From Anaerolineales bacterium (GTDB lineage: Bacteria; Chloroflexota; Anaerolineae; Anaerolineales; UBA11858): a stretch of 64,000 nt of DNA. The stretch lies in assembly GCA_045888315.1 (NCBI GenBank), contig JBGCVQ010000098.1, positions 934 through 64,933 of the forward strand. The letters run 5' to 3'. Shown piece after piece: positions 50,235 through 60,573 of this stretch. The position numbers were made by a program, and so were the translations under genes. Every line of letters begins with the position of its first letter. Within the stretch, counting starts at the first letter, position 1. The notes beneath the pieces were generated by a model that was given only the letters and a program-made list of their open reading frames with translations, was not told where the DNA came from and searched no databases.

Positions 50235-52484
50235 TTATTCCTTTCCATCCAGGAGCTTGAAGTACATATCACTGGAATAGGCTTTGACCATCCTGCGCAT
50301 GCTGAATTCCGGAGCAAGCGTCCGGATGGATTCCTTGACTCTGGAAATCCATTCCAGGGGCAGATCCCCAGCTGAGCGTTCATAATAGAGCGGGACGATC
50401 TCATTTTCCAGCGTATCATAAAGGTCCTCAGCATCCATATCATCCTGGAACTGAGTGTCCGGATTGCTTTCGTCCGTGCCGATCGCCCACCCGTTATGGC
50501 CGTTGTATCCTTCGCGCCACCAACCATCGAGGATCGAGAAGTTGAGCACGCCATTCAGGGCTGCCTTCTGTCCAGAAGTGCCAGAGGCCTCTTTGGGGCG
50601 CCGGGGCGTGTTGAGCCAGACATCCACACCCTGGATCATGTAGCGAGCCAGGTTCATGTCATAATCTTCCAGGAAGACCAGCCTTCCGCCAGTTTCCGCC
50701 AGCTTGACCTTGCGGTACACCTTCTGGATCAGGAGTTTTCCTGGCCTGTCCGCAGGGTGGGCCTTCCCGGCAAAGATGATCTGCACTGGCATATTGGGTT
50801 TATTGATGATCCTCAGCAGGCGCTCAAAATCGCTCAGGATCAGATCAGCCCTCTTATAGGTAGCAAAGCGCCTGGCAAAGCCGATGGTCAAGGCATACGG
50901 GTTCAGGAGCGCCCCAGAGGCGATCACCTGTACCGGATGGATCACATCCTGGGCCCACTGGGCGCGGGTCCTTTCGCGCATATAAAAAACTAGCTTGCGC
51001 TTGAGGTGGCGGCGGACTGCCCAGAGCTCTTCATCAGGAATGCTGGAAATCCCATTCCAGATCTCTGGGTCATCGATGAATTCCAACCAATCCAGGCCAA
51101 GATATCTTCCATAGAGATGCCGCAAACGGCGTGCAAGCCAGGTACCGGTGTGGACGCCATTGGTGATATAGCTGATCGGCACATCTTCCGTTTTCAGATC
51201 AGGCCACAGGTCTTTCCACATCTCACGGGCTACCTGGCCGTGCAGTTCAGATACACCGTTGCGCAGCGTGGACATACGCATGGCCAATACGGGCATGCTG
51301 AATGTCTCGCCCCAGGACACCTGGTGGCGGGCGATATCGAAGAAGGTATCCCGGTCCAGCCCCAGCATCTCCCTGAAACCGCCGAAGTACTTGTCGATCA
51401 GCCAATCTGGGAACTCATCACTTCCCGCAGGGACTGGCGTGTGGGTGGTGAAAAGCGTCCGGGATTGGACCTCGGCTTTGGCTTCTTCCAGACTGCGGCC
51501 CTGATCCATCAGCTCCCGGATGCGCTCCAGGGACAGGAATGCGGAATGGCCTTCATTCATATGCCAGACAGTCGGATAGCAGCCCAGAGCGCGAAGTGCC
51601 CGAACTCCACCGATCCCCAGGATGATCTCCTGGGAAATCCTTGAGTCAAGGTCGCTGTTATAGAGGCGGGCTGTCAGCTCCCGGTCCTCGTCAGAGTTAC
51701 CCTCCACATTCGTGTCCAGCAAGTAAAGCGAGACCCGGCCAACTTTGATCTTCCAGATCCTGACCAGCACCTCCCTCCCAGCCAGTTCGACCGAGACGGT
51801 CAGGGGCTTGTCCTCCTCGTCCAGAAGGGGGATCACAGGCAGTTCATCGAAGTTGAGCTTAACGTAATTGTCCTCCTGCCAGCCATCCTCACTGATGATC
51901 TGCGTGAAATAGCCCCGCGTATAAAGGAAACCCATGGCTACCAACGGCAGCCCCAGATCACTGGCTTCCTTGAGATGGTCACCGGACAGTACGCCCAGCC
52001 CACCCGCATAGATCGGCAGTGTCTCATGGAGACCGAACTCTGTAGAGAAGTAGGCAATGATCTCATCATCCATATGCCCATGATTTTCCTGGTACCAGGT
52101 ATCTTCTCGCTCCATGTACTGGTCAAAAGCCAACATGGACCGATCATAAAAATCCAGGAAGTAGCTGTCATGGGTCACAGCGTTGAGCTTGGCGCGCTCT
52201 ACTTTGCGCAGGAATTGAACCGGGTTATGCGTCGTCTCTTCCCAGAGATCGATATCGATCCTTTTATATAGGCGCTGGACATCGGGATTCCAGGTCCACC
52301 ACAGGTTATACGCCAATTCACCCAGCCTTTCGATGCGCCGGGGCAGGCTGAAATTATTCGGCAGAACTTCCCGCACCTTATCTGGAGTCAATCTGTTCCT
52401 CCTCTGAAATCTTCCATTTGTTTCCACGTCTAAAACCCCGCACATTCTACCATTTGTGGGGTAACCCGTAAACGCAAGGATCAA
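50235..52484 (-). CDS. glgP: Alpha-glucan phosphorylase (GT35, GlgP family)
   Basis: 749 aa with LAYNLWWTWN and the PLP-lysine block EASGTSGQKAALNG. The true start may be internal. Confidence 0.9.
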   Translation of the reverse strand: MILAFTGYPTNGRMCGVLDVETNGRFQRRNRLTPDKVREVLPNNFSLPRRIERLGELAYNLWWTWNPDVQRLYKRIDIDLWEETTHNPVQFLRKVERAKLNAVTHDSYFLDFYDRSMLAFDQYMEREDTWYQENHGHMDDEIIAYFSTEFGLHETLPIYAGGLGVLSGDHLKEASDLGLPLVAMGFLYTRGYFTQIISEDGWQEDNYVKLNFDELPVIPLLDEEDKPLTVSVELAGREVLVRIWKIKVGRVSLYLLDTNVEGNSDEDRELTARLYNSDLDSRISQEIILGIGGVRALRALGCYPTVWHMNEGHSAFLSLERIRELMDQGRSLEEAKAEVQSRTLFTTHTPVPAGSDEFPDWLIDKYFGGFREMLGLDRDTFFDIARHQVSWGETFSMPVLAMRMSTLRNGVSELHGQVAREMWKDLWPDLKTEDVPISYITNGVHTGTWLARRLRHLYGRYLGLDWLEFIDDPEIWNGISSIPDEELWAVRRHLKRKLVFYMRERTRAQWAQDVIHPVQVIASGALLNPYALTIGFARRFATYKRADLILSDFERLLRIINKPNMPVQIIFAGKAHPADRPGKLLIQKVYRKVKLAETGGRLVFLEDYDMNLARYMIQGVDVWLNTPRRPKEASGTSGQKAALNGVLNFSILDGWWREGYNGHNGWAIGTDESNPDTQFQDDMDAEDLYDTLENEIVPLYYERSAGDLPLEWISRVKESIRTLAPEFSMRRMVKAYSSDMYFKLLDGKE

Positions 52485-52547
52485 GCCTTAATAAAAGGTA
52501 AAAAAAGGTGGTACCTGCAGGACCAAGCTTGGGAGAACCCTCCCGGG

Positions 52548-53633
52548 TCAGGGAGATGGCCTGTTCTCAGCCCTGATCTCGCTCCACTCCCTGATATCCG
52601 CTGGTGGGGGAGGCATTTCACCCTGCGGTCTTCGCACCAAAGAGAGAGCCTCCTCGGGACAGACCGGAACACATAAACCGCATCCGACACAGTTTGCTAG
52701 ATCGATCCGGCATATATCCCCTTCCAGATCGAGGGCATTGAACTGGCAGCGCTCCAGACAGTCACCGCACCCCAGACAGAGTTCCTCATCCACCACAGCG
52801 AAAAAGTCCGATCGGGATATCGCTGTAGAGTTGTTAAACTCTGCTACACTCCTCAGTATCCCGCAGCTGCAGGTACAGCAGTTGCAGATGTAGGAATTGT
52901 GATCCCGGTAGTTGCCGGTGGTGTGAACCAATCCAGCATCCTCTGCTTCATGCAGGATCTGCAGCGCCTCCTGCTTTGAGATAGGCCGGTCCACATCGCT
53001 GCCCTCAAAAGCCCCTTCCACGGGAGCAAAGACCAGGCAGTTCTCAACCGGGTGGTGGCAGGGATCCCCGATGAGACTTTTCTGAACCCGGCAGATGCAA
53101 TCACGGACTGCCCAGGCCTTGGCATTTTCTAACAAACTGGAAGCCTTTTCATAAGGAAAGACTTCCATCTCGAAATCGATCGATTCCTGGACCGGGATGA
53201 CCCGATGCACTGAGAGACCCTTACCGGTGATCCCCCCTTTGCTTTCCTGGAAATAGGCTTCAAATAAGTTGGCGATCTCCTCATCCAGGCGGGGGAGCAA
53301 TTCCTCATAAAATCCAACCACGAAAGGCATCAACCCGAACAGCAAGGTGCCTTCCCCTTTAGCGAACAGGATCAGCCGTTTCCGGACCATGTCCTTCAAG
53401 ATCCTCTTGGCTTCCCTGGCGGGTAGACCTGCCCGGGCAGCGATCACTTCCGCAGGTTCTTTTTCAAAAGACATCTCAGCTGCCAGGGCTGCTTCTTGGG
53501 GGGTGAATATCCTCTCCAAAAGCCGGATCTCGACCCCACTTTCTGTAGGGGGAAAGCGGTTGGGGAGGTCATCCAGTTTGTTAGCCAGTTTCTTGTAGGT
53601 GTTCCAGCTCATCAAACGCTCTCCTTTCTTCAT
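52548..53633 (-). CDS. 4Fe-4S cluster-binding protein with N-terminal winged-helix-like region
   Basis: 361 aa. It has a Cys cluster CNCCTCSCG and two ferredoxin motifs, CLGCGDCLERC and CVGCGLCVPVCP. ATGA overlap with the coaBC stop. An alternative ATG at 53612 has a strong AAGGAG RBS. Confidence 0.75.
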   Translation of the reverse strand: MKKGERLMSWNTYKKLANKLDDLPNRFPPTESGVEIRLLERIFTPQEAALAAEMSFEKEPAEVIAARAGLPAREAKRILKDMVRKRLILFAKGEGTLLFGLMPFVVGFYEELLPRLDEEIANLFEAYFQESKGGITGKGLSVHRVIPVQESIDFEMEVFPYEKASSLLENAKAWAVRDCICRVQKSLIGDPCHHPVENCLVFAPVEGAFEGSDVDRPISKQEALQILHEAEDAGLVHTTGNYRDHNSYICNCCTCSCGILRSVAEFNNSTAISRSDFFAVVDEELCLGCGDCLERCQFNALDLEGDICRIDLANCVGCGLCVPVCPEEALSLVRRPQGEMPPPPADIREWSEIRAENRPSP

Positions 53634-54883
53634 CAGTCCAGCAAGCCAGCAGCCTCGCGAACCAGGATCTGTGCGACTTGTGTCTTGGGCAGCAGCTCCA
53701 ATTCTTCTGTGCGGCCATCCTTCCAGATCAAGATCACCTTGTTATGGTCAACCCCAATACCGCTGTCGTCTCTGCTGACGTCATTCGCCGCTATCAGATC
53801 CAGTTCTTTCTTCTCAAGTTTATCACGAGCGTTCTCAAGTAGGTCCTCTGTTTCTGCAGCAAATCCGATCACGGCCGTTGGTCCGCTGCCTTCTGCCTTT
53901 TTCCTGGCAGCGATCAGCCCCAGGATGTCCTCGGTTGGCTCCAGATCAAGTTCCGCCAGTCGGCCTGATTCTTTTTTGATCTTCTGCTGGGAACGGGCAG
54001 CTGGCGTGTAATCCGCTACGGCTGCCGCCATGATCAGCAGGTCAGCATCCTTCGTTTCTTCCAAGACAGCCTGCCCCATTTCTCTGGCGGTCTGGATCTC
54101 GATCAGGGAGGCTCCCAAAGGCGCTTGCAAACAGGTCGGGGCGCTGATCAAGACCACTTCCCCTCCGGCGTCGATGGCAGCCTGGGCGATTGCAAAGCCC
54201 TGCTTACCGGATGATCTGTTGCTTAAAACACGCACCGGATCGATTGGTTCCTGGGTTCCTCCAGCCGTAACCACCACTTTCTTCCCCTGCAGAGGTCCAT
54301 CCTGGCCCAGCAGCTGGCGCAGGTATCCTTGGAGGATTTCAGGCTCTAGCATCCGGCCCTTTCCTGAGAGGCCGGAAGCGAGATGTCCTGCCGCAGGACC
54401 CCAGATATGCACTCCCCGTCCCTGGAGGATCTTCAGGTTCGCCTGGGTCGCTGTGTGGGAATACATCCCGCCATCCATGGCTGGAGCGACGGCAATTGTC
54501 GTTCTGGATGCCAGGGCCGCCAGCGTCAGCAAGTTATCCGCCAATCCCCCGGCAAGTTTCGCAATCGTATTTGCGGTGGCCGGAGCGATCAGGAACGCCT
54601 GGTTCTTTTCCCCCAGCTCGATATGGAGGACATGGTCCTCCTGTCTCCATAGGTCACTGTCCAGATAAGCCCTGCGGCCGGTCAGGGCTGAAAAGGTCAG
54701 CGGAGAGATCAATTTGGATGCAGCATCAGTCAATATCGTGTCCACCAGGGCGCCGGCCTTGGTAAGAGCGGAAGCCAGCTCAGCGGATTTATAAGCCGCT
54801 ATGGAACCGCTGACACCGAGCACAATCCGTTTTCCTGAGAGTATATTCATATTCTTCCATTCTCCCTTGGATCCATCCGTCAA
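53633..54883 (-). CDS. coaBC: Bifunctional phosphopantothenoylcysteine decarboxylase / phosphopantothenate-cysteine ligase
   Basis: 416 aa with a flavoprotein N domain (GVSGSIAAYK) and a DFP C domain (ISNRSSGKQGFA-type block LSNRSSGKQGFAIA). Confidence 0.93.
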   Translation of the reverse strand: MTDGSKGEWKNMNILSGKRIVLGVSGSIAAYKSAELASALTKAGALVDTILTDAASKLISPLTFSALTGRRAYLDSDLWRQEDHVLHIELGEKNQAFLIAPATANTIAKLAGGLADNLLTLAALASRTTIAVAPAMDGGMYSHTATQANLKILQGRGVHIWGPAAGHLASGLSGKGRMLEPEILQGYLRQLLGQDGPLQGKKVVVTAGGTQEPIDPVRVLSNRSSGKQGFAIAQAAIDAGGEVVLISAPTCLQAPLGASLIEIQTAREMGQAVLEETKDADLLIMAAAVADYTPAARSQQKIKKESGRLAELDLEPTEDILGLIAARKKAEGSGPTAVIGFAAETEDLLENARDKLEKKELDLIAANDVSRDDSGIGVDHNKVILIWKDGRTEELELLPKTQVAQILVREAAGLLD

Positions 54884-54884
54884 T

Positions 54885-55649
54885 TCAGCGGTTCATGTCC
54901 CAGATGATCCGCAGTCCGTCCAGCGTCAGCCAGGGAGCAACGATATCGATCACATCCGTTTCCCTGGCGATGATATCCGTCAAACCGCCGGTCGCGATGA
55001 CCTTCATTTCCGGGCCAAGTTCCTTCCGGAATCTGGCGACCATCCCCTCCACTAGTCCTACATATCCAAATACCAGTCCTGACTGCATAGAATGAGGCGT
55101 ATTGCGTCCGATCACCGAGGGGGGCGTGGTCAAATCCACCTTGGGCAGCTTAGCCGCCCGCTGGAACAAGGCATCAGCGGCGATGCCGATCCCAGGCGCG
55201 ATCGCGCCGCCCAGGTAATCCCCCTCTGCCGAGATCGCGTCAAATGTCGTACCGGTGCCAAAGTCCACTACACAGGCAGGCCCACCGTAAAGGTGCTGCA
55301 CGGCGGCGGCATCGACGATCCGGTCCGCACCAACGGACTTAGGCGTTTCGTAGAGCACCTTAACACCGGTTTTCACACCGGCATCGACCACCAGAGGATC
55401 ATGGCCAAGGTAATCCCGGCAGGCTTGCTGAAAGATACCGGTCAGAATGGGAACCACGGAGGCCAGGCAGACCCCAGAGATATCTTCAGGCTCTAAGCCT
55501 TCATGGGCAAGCAGTCCGTCCACCAACAATCCGTATTCATCGGGCATCCGCTGATAATCTGTGGAGATCCTCCAGCTTCTCGCCAGCTCCTCACCCTCAT
55601 ATACACCCAGGGAGATATTGGTATTGCCGATATCGATCGTCATTAACAT
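54885..55649 (-). CDS. coaX: Type III pantothenate kinase
   Basis: [17 protein letters not shown].., [15 protein letters not shown]. The start is placed at an internal ATG overlapping the panD end. Confidence 0.9.
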   Translation of the reverse strand: MLMTIDIGNTNISLGVYEGEELARSWRISTDYQRMPDEYGLLVDGLLAHEGLEPEDISGVCLASVVPILTGIFQQACRDYLGHDPLVVDAGVKTGVKVLYETPKSVGADRIVDAAAVQHLYGGPACVVDFGTGTTFDAISAEGDYLGGAIAPGIGIAADALFQRAAKLPKVDLTTPPSVIGRNTPHSMQSGLVFGYVGLVEGMVARFRKELGPEMKVIATGGLTDIIARETDVIDIVAPWLTLDGLRIIWDMNR

Positions 55650-56002
55650 AGGATTTCCTTTACACGGTTGCCTGTATCCAGCAGCAATACTTTGGCTTTC
55701 CAATCCTCAAGATCCCGCTCCTCGACCAGGCCGTAAGCCATGATAATGATCCGATCTCCGGGATGCGCCAGCCTGGCAGCAGCTCCGTTAAGCTGGATTT
55801 CCCCTGAGCTAGCCTCGCCGCTGATGATATAAGTCTCGAACCTGGCTCCATTATTGAGATTGACAATTTGAACCTGTTCATATTCCGCCATGTCCGCCTG
55901 CTGGAGCAGGTCGCTGTCGATGGTGATGCTCCCTTCATACTCCAAGTTTGCATCAGTCACCACAGCGCGATGTATTTTCGATCTCAGCATTTTCCTAATC
56001 AT
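55643..56002 (-). CDS. panD: Aspartate 1-decarboxylase
   Basis: 119 aa with [25 protein letters not shown] (pyruvoyl-forming G-S site). Confidence 0.95.
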   Translation of the reverse strand: MIRKMLRSKIHRAVVTDANLEYEGSITIDSDLLQQADMAEYEQVQIVNLNNGARFETYIISGEASSGEIQLNGAAARLAHPGDRIIIMAYGLVEERDLEDWKAKVLLLDTGNRVKEILC

Positions 56003-56005
56003 ATT

Positions 56006-56842
56006 CTAATTTCCTAACAAGATATTATCGATTAATCGCGTCTTCCCTACATACACAGCCAGTGAGAGCAGACAGCGCTCAACACGGCCTTCAAGCTCCT
56101 GCAAGCTTTCAGGATCGGCGCAAGAGATATATTGAAGGTCAGCTAAACTCTCCCCGGCGACTTCTGACCGGACGATCGCCCGCAGCTGCTCTGCCCCGCG
56201 TTCACCTTCCTGGAATGCGTCGCGAGCTTTGAACAATCCCCGGGAAAGACAGAGCGCTGCCCGCCTCTCCTGATCGCCCAGGTAGGTGTTGCGGCTGGAC
56301 ATCGCCAGACCATCTTCCTCGCGGACGATGGGGCAGATCACCATCTCGATCGGGTAGTTTAAATCCTTGACCATCTGTTTGAGCACAGCCGCTTGCTGGG
56401 CATCTTTTTGACCGAAGTATGCCCGGTCGGGACCCACGGCGTTGAACAGCTTGGCCACCACGGTCGTCACACCCCGGAAATGAGTCGGACGATAGGAGCC
56501 TTCCAGGACCTTGGTAAGCCGATCGACCTCTACCCAGGTCTGGAAATCCTCGGGATAGATGACCTCCACGGTGGGGATCCAGACCAGGTCAGCTTTCGCA
56601 CCCTCCAGCAGCGCCAGGTCCCGGTCAATATCCCGGGGATAGTTTTCCAGGTCCTCCTCTGGCGCAAACTGGGTTGGATTGGCAAAGATGCTTACGACAA
56701 CGGAGGGATTCTGTCCGCGGGCTTTATGTACCAGCGAGAGATGCCCATCATGTAGATATCCCATAGTAGGCACAAAGCCTACTGGTCGTTCCAGGCTGTT
56801 CAGCGCCTGCTGCAATTCACTTAATGTGGTGGCTGTTATCAT
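56006..56842 (-). CDS. panC: Pantoate--beta-alanine ligase
   Basis: GFVPTMGYLHDGHLSLV, FGQKDAQQ. The start is placed at an internal ATG (56840-56842). The ORF-track N-terminal extension overlaps panE. Confidence 0.93.
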   Translation of the reverse strand: MITATTLSELQQALNSLERPVGFVPTMGYLHDGHLSLVHKARGQNPSVVVSIFANPTQFAPEEDLENYPRDIDRDLALLEGAKADLVWIPTVEVIYPEDFQTWVEVDRLTKVLEGSYRPTHFRGVTTVVAKLFNAVGPDRAYFGQKDAQQAAVLKQMVKDLNYPIEMVICPIVREEDGLAMSSRNTYLGDQERRAALCLSRGLFKARDAFQEGERGAEQLRAIVRSEVAGESLADLQYISCADPESLQELEGRVERCLLSLAVYVGKTRLIDNILLGN

Positions 56843-57755
56843 CTTTGAACTCCCTGTGAAGTTCGACTTTTGCTTTGACCAGCTGATATAGGAGTTGATT
56901 GGTTGGAGCCGGCAGGCCGATGGACGCCCCCCGGCGGACAACCTCGCCGCATAAGGCCTCGATCTCTGTTGGCGCACCTCGCTGTATATCCTGGAGCATG
57001 GAAGACAGATTTTGGGACGTCACCCGGGCCACAGATTTGACAGATTCTCCTGGGTCGGAAAAATCCAGTACAATTCCTTGGCAGGACGCTAACTCCGCGG
57101 CTTCTTCAGCCGCCTGGACCATGACCGCGACCGCGTCTGGGCTGTGCAGTAGATGGCCGTTGTTAACCTCCAGTAAGGCCGTCAGGGGATTGATGCCCAC
57201 GTTGATAACCAGCTTTCCCCAAACCAGACTGGAAAGGTCATTCACTTCCTGGACGACGAGGCCGGCATCCCGAAGCATCTCGACCAGGGGTGCCAAGCGC
57301 GGGTGCTGTTGGACAGAGATCGTCCCTTCCCCTCCCGGCCGAACCAGGCCTGGGCCAAGGCAGGTGGCACCGTAAGTGGTCACGCCCTGGGCGGTTCTCT
57401 CCTGGCCCAACGCCTCACGGAGGATTTCCGCGTTTCCCAAGCCATTTTGCAGGGTAAGGGCAATCCCCTGAGGTGAGAGAGCCCTGGAGAGCTGTTTGGC
57501 AGCCCTGGACGTCTGCCAGGACTTGACCAGCACCAGAACCAACTCTATAGGGGCAAACAGGGACTCATCGGCAGCAGCCAATGCAGGAAAACAAGCTCTA
57601 TCCGCTCCCTCCTGGACGCAAATGCCAGATCGATTGACAGCAGCCAATCCTTCCTCCCAGGAGCCAAGCAAACGCACCTCAACACCTACCCGGGCCAAGC
57701 GGCTTCCAAAATAGAGGGCCATCGCACCGGTTCCAAGAATAGTCACTACTGCCAT
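56817..57755 (-). CDS. panE: 2-dehydropantoate 2-reductase
   Basis: 312 aa with Rossmann motif ILGTGAMALYFG, KSWQT, and a C-terminal SSMLQDIQRGAPTEIE block typical of ketopantoate reductase. Confidence 0.88.
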   Translation of the reverse strand: MAVVTILGTGAMALYFGSRLARVGVEVRLLGSWEEGLAAVNRSGICVQEGADRACFPALAAADESLFAPIELVLVLVKSWQTSRAAKQLSRALSPQGIALTLQNGLGNAEILREALGQERTAQGVTTYGATCLGPGLVRPGGEGTISVQQHPRLAPLVEMLRDAGLVVQEVNDLSSLVWGKLVINVGINPLTALLEVNNGHLLHSPDAVAVMVQAAEEAAELASCQGIVLDFSDPGESVKSVARVTSQNLSSMLQDIQRGAPTEIEALCGEVVRRGASIGLPAPTNQLLYQLVKAKVELHREFKDDNSHHIK

Positions 57756-57758
57756 CGC

Positions 57759-58631
57759 TCAGGACTCCCCAACTTGATCCAAGAAGATCTCCCACTCCTC
57801 GTCTGGAATGGTGTAGGAATGCTCTTCCGCCGGAAAGGTTCTCCCCTCCACATCATCCCGGTAATCCAGCAAGGCTTGGTGGATCTCTGTGTGCAAGTTG
57901 GCGTATTGTTTCACGAATTTTGGGGTGAATTTATCGTACAGCCCCAGCAGGTCATGGGTCACCAGCACCTGGCCGTCACATCCCACCCCGGCGCCAATGC
58001 CGATGGTTGGGATCTCCAAGTGGGAAGAGATATAATCTGCGACTCGATCAGGAACGGATTCCAGAACGATCCCAAAGCATCCAGCCCGCTCCAACAGCAA
58101 GGCATCCTCCAGGATCTTCTGAGCAGCTCCAGCGGAACGACCTTGCGTCTTAAACCCTCCCAGTTGATTGATGCTTTGAGGGGTAAGCCCCAGGTGGCCC
58201 AGGACGGGTATCCCGGAGTCAATGATCGCCTTGACTGCCTCTAGACGCTCCTCACCCCCCTCAAGCTTGACCGCGTCCATACCAGATTCCTGCAGGAACC
58301 TGCCCGCATTCCGGACTGCTTCTCGGGCATCCACCTGATAGGACATGAAAGGCATATCCCCGATCAGCAGCGCCCGGGATGCTCCCCGGGAGACCGCCCG
58401 GCAGTGATGGAGCATGTCCTCCATTGTCACCGGCAGAGTGCTCTCATAGCCCAGGATGACCATGCCCAGGGAGTCACCAACCAGAATGGAATCGATCCCA
58501 GCCTGGTCGACAGCCCGGGCCGTCAGGTAATCATAGGCCGTTAACATGGTAATCGGCTCTCCCCGGGCCTTTTTTACCCGAAAGACAGCTGTAGTTACCT
58601 TTTTCGCAGGGGAAACAGGGGGATTGGACAT
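57759..58631 (-). CDS. panB: 3-methyl-2-oxobutanoate hydroxymethyltransferase
   Basis: 290 aa with ITMLTAYDY, LVGDSLGMV, VKLEGG and GHLGLTPQS. Confidence 0.95.
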   Translation of the reverse strand: MSNPPVSPAKKVTTAVFRVKKARGEPITMLTAYDYLTARAVDQAGIDSILVGDSLGMVILGYESTLPVTMEDMLHHCRAVSRGASRALLIGDMPFMSYQVDAREAVRNAGRFLQESGMDAVKLEGGEERLEAVKAIIDSGIPVLGHLGLTPQSINQLGGFKTQGRSAGAAQKILEDALLLERAGCFGIVLESVPDRVADYISSHLEIPTIGIGAGVGCDGQVLVTHDLLGLYDKFTPKFVKQYANLHTEIHQALLDYRDDVEGRTFPAEEHSYTIPDEEWEIFLDQVGES

Positions 58632-58678
58632 GGTACCCTCCTCAGGGGTAGGGGCCAGATGGATGGTTATCGGGGCTA

Positions 58679-58707
58679 ATTATCCCCTAATCCAGTCAGA
58701 ATGGCAA
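58679..58707 (-). promoter_or_regulatory. Sigma-70-type promoter candidate for the pan/coa gene run: TTGCCA-N17-GATAAT
   Basis: Minus-strand reading gives TTGCCA ttctgactggattaggg GATAAT, about 48 nt upstream of the panB ATG. Confidence 0.45.
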
Positions 58708-58730
58708 GGAAATTCCACCGGAATCCAGGG

Positions 58731-59468
58731 TCATTCATAACCCTGCCCTTTCAAGAAATCCCCGAACAAGCGGTTGCACTTCTCCAATTGTTCCGCGGAA
58801 AATGCCTCCTGGTGGCGGCCAACCTTACCCTTTACGAAATGCAGTCCTTTTTGCTTCTGAGCTGGTTTTCCAGGCCTGTACTGGGCTATTACCGGGACCA
58901 CTCTCTCATCCGTTGGGTCGATTCCCAGATAATCACACAGCCGCTCCACTTCGTGGTCATAATTCCCCTTGAGGTCCTCGTATTTGACCTTCAAAGTTTG
59001 TGGTGATGAGAGCCAGCCCGCAGCAAGTCTCACATAAAAATCCATGAACTCGATCGCGTCATCAATAGTGTTCAAGTGCGAGAAGGCATTGGTCAGTCCC
59101 TGGGAAGACATCCGCTGTCCGTATTCATAAGCGGAGAGCAAGGCATCCCGGGGGTCTCTGTAGATATAGGTAGGTTTGATGATCCCAGCCCGGATGAATT
59201 GGTCGGCCAGAGGTCTTCGCTCCGCGTGAAGCTTGATGACATAACTGTTCTCAAAGGCCAGAGGAAGCACAGCGGGAAGCAGGCGGTATGCACTCAGCGT
59301 CCCGAGATTGCAGTTCACTTCGGTCAGCAGCCGATTCAATCTATAGCGCGTCCTGATTGACCTGGCATCCTCACCCCCGCAGGCGATGACCAGATCCTGG
59401 GTGAGGTTGTAATACCAACCAGAGCCTGCCCGCGGCATGCCAACAGACAGGATTAGGTGTTTATCCAT
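58731..59468 (-). CDS. Sulfotransferase-family protein (PAPS-dependent type)
   Basis: 245 aa with a 5'-PSB-like GMPRAGSGW and a 3'-PB-like YIYRDPRDALLS. ATGGATAA 8-nt overlap with the add stop. Confidence 0.75.
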   Translation of the reverse strand: MDKHLILSVGMPRAGSGWYYNLTQDLVIACGGEDARSIRTRYRLNRLLTEVNCNLGTLSAYRLLPAVLPLAFENSYVIKLHAERRPLADQFIRAGIIKPTYIYRDPRDALLSAYEYGQRMSSQGLTNAFSHLNTIDDAIEFMDFYVRLAAGWLSSPQTLKVKYEDLKGNYDHEVERLCDYLGIDPTDERVVPVIAQYRPGKPAQKQKGLHFVKGKVGRHQEAFSAEQLEKCNRLFGDFLKGQGYE

Positions 59469-60516
59469 GGGAATCCTTGTATCGTTCGTTTGCTTTTTCG
59501 ATGAGGGCCTGTTTATCCGCTCTGTCCAGGAAAGCGACCTCTAAAGCATTTCGCTGGGCCAGGGAGATCAGCTGAGGGGTCAAGTTAGCAGCCGGAGCAG
59601 CCACTCGATATTCATAGGGCAGATCGATCGCGCTGATCCCCGGATCATCCGTATTGATTGTGGCCAGGATCCCGGCCTCGAGGAAATCCTTCAAAGGATG
59701 ACTTCCGTAATCTTCTACAACCCTGGTTTGCAGGTTACTGGTGAGATTGGATTCCAGACCGATGCGATTTTCCACCAGGTAGTTCATCAAAGAGGGATCC
59801 TGGACTGCGCTGACCCCGTGGCCGATGCGCTCCGCCCCCAGCTCCTCGATCGCCTGCCAGATGCTGTCGGGACCGGATTCCTCACCAGCATGCACGGTGA
59901 TATGCCAGCCTGCCTCTCGACCTTCTTTGAAATGCTCCACGAAGAGGGTCCCCGGAAAATGCACCTCGTCCCCGGCCAGGTCCAGGGCGGCGATGTGGTC
60001 CTGATATGCCAGCAGGGATTCCAGCTCGATCCAGCCCTTGTCCGGGCCATAGGTCCGGCTGATAATGCCGATCGCGTTTACCTGGATATCAAATCTCTGG
60101 CGTCCTTCCTCCAGTCCTTCCAGGACAGATTCCACCACGCCGGCAGGCTCCAGCTGGTGGGGCTCGGCCATGAACAGCGGACTGAAGCGGAGCTCGATAT
60201 AATCGATGCCCTCCTGGAAGGCATCCTCCACGTTCTCGAAGGCTACCCGGCGGCAGGAGGAATAATCAGCCAGTACGCCGATCATATACTTGAATTTATC
60301 GATAAAAGCCATCACTCCTGGGCGGGGATTCGTGATCTGCACATAAGGGCGGAGCCCCTCAAGGGTGTCTGCTGGCAGCGGAATCCCATGTTTGCGAGCC
60401 AGATCGAGGACGGTCTCCAGCCGGATGCTGCCATCCAGGTGCCGATGCAGATCGATCAGGGGAAAATGGGGGTCGATCATAGGTTGCTTCCCGGTCAAGG
60501 CCTTCATTGTACCCAT
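59461..60516 (-). CDS. add: Adenosine deaminase
   Basis: 351 aa with DLHRHLDGS, TVHAGE and TINTDDPG metal/catalytic motifs. Confidence 0.9.
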   Translation of the reverse strand: MGTMKALTGKQPMIDPHFPLIDLHRHLDGSIRLETVLDLARKHGIPLPADTLEGLRPYVQITNPRPGVMAFIDKFKYMIGVLADYSSCRRVAFENVEDAFQEGIDYIELRFSPLFMAEPHQLEPAGVVESVLEGLEEGRQRFDIQVNAIGIISRTYGPDKGWIELESLLAYQDHIAALDLAGDEVHFPGTLFVEHFKEGREAGWHITVHAGEESGPDSIWQAIEELGAERIGHGVSAVQDPSLMNYLVENRIGLESNLTSNLQTRVVEDYGSHPLKDFLEAGILATINTDDPGISAIDLPYEYRVAAPAANLTPQLISLAQRNALEVAFLDRADKQALIEKANERYKDSHG

Positions 60517-60573
60517 TTTATCAAAGACCCGTTATAATGAAAGGCAGGCAGTAATGGAAAAGGAGTTTGAGTG

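Noticed and set aside
52485-52550. The TGA stop of the 4Fe-4S gene is in the same frame as the downstream glgP ORF, raising a possible selenocysteine read-through given selA in the window
   Set aside because: Reading through the TGA gives only 19 more codons (PGRVLPSLVLQVPPFFTFY) before a TAA. There is no fusion to glgP, no conserved-looking extension and no obvious SECIS hairpin.
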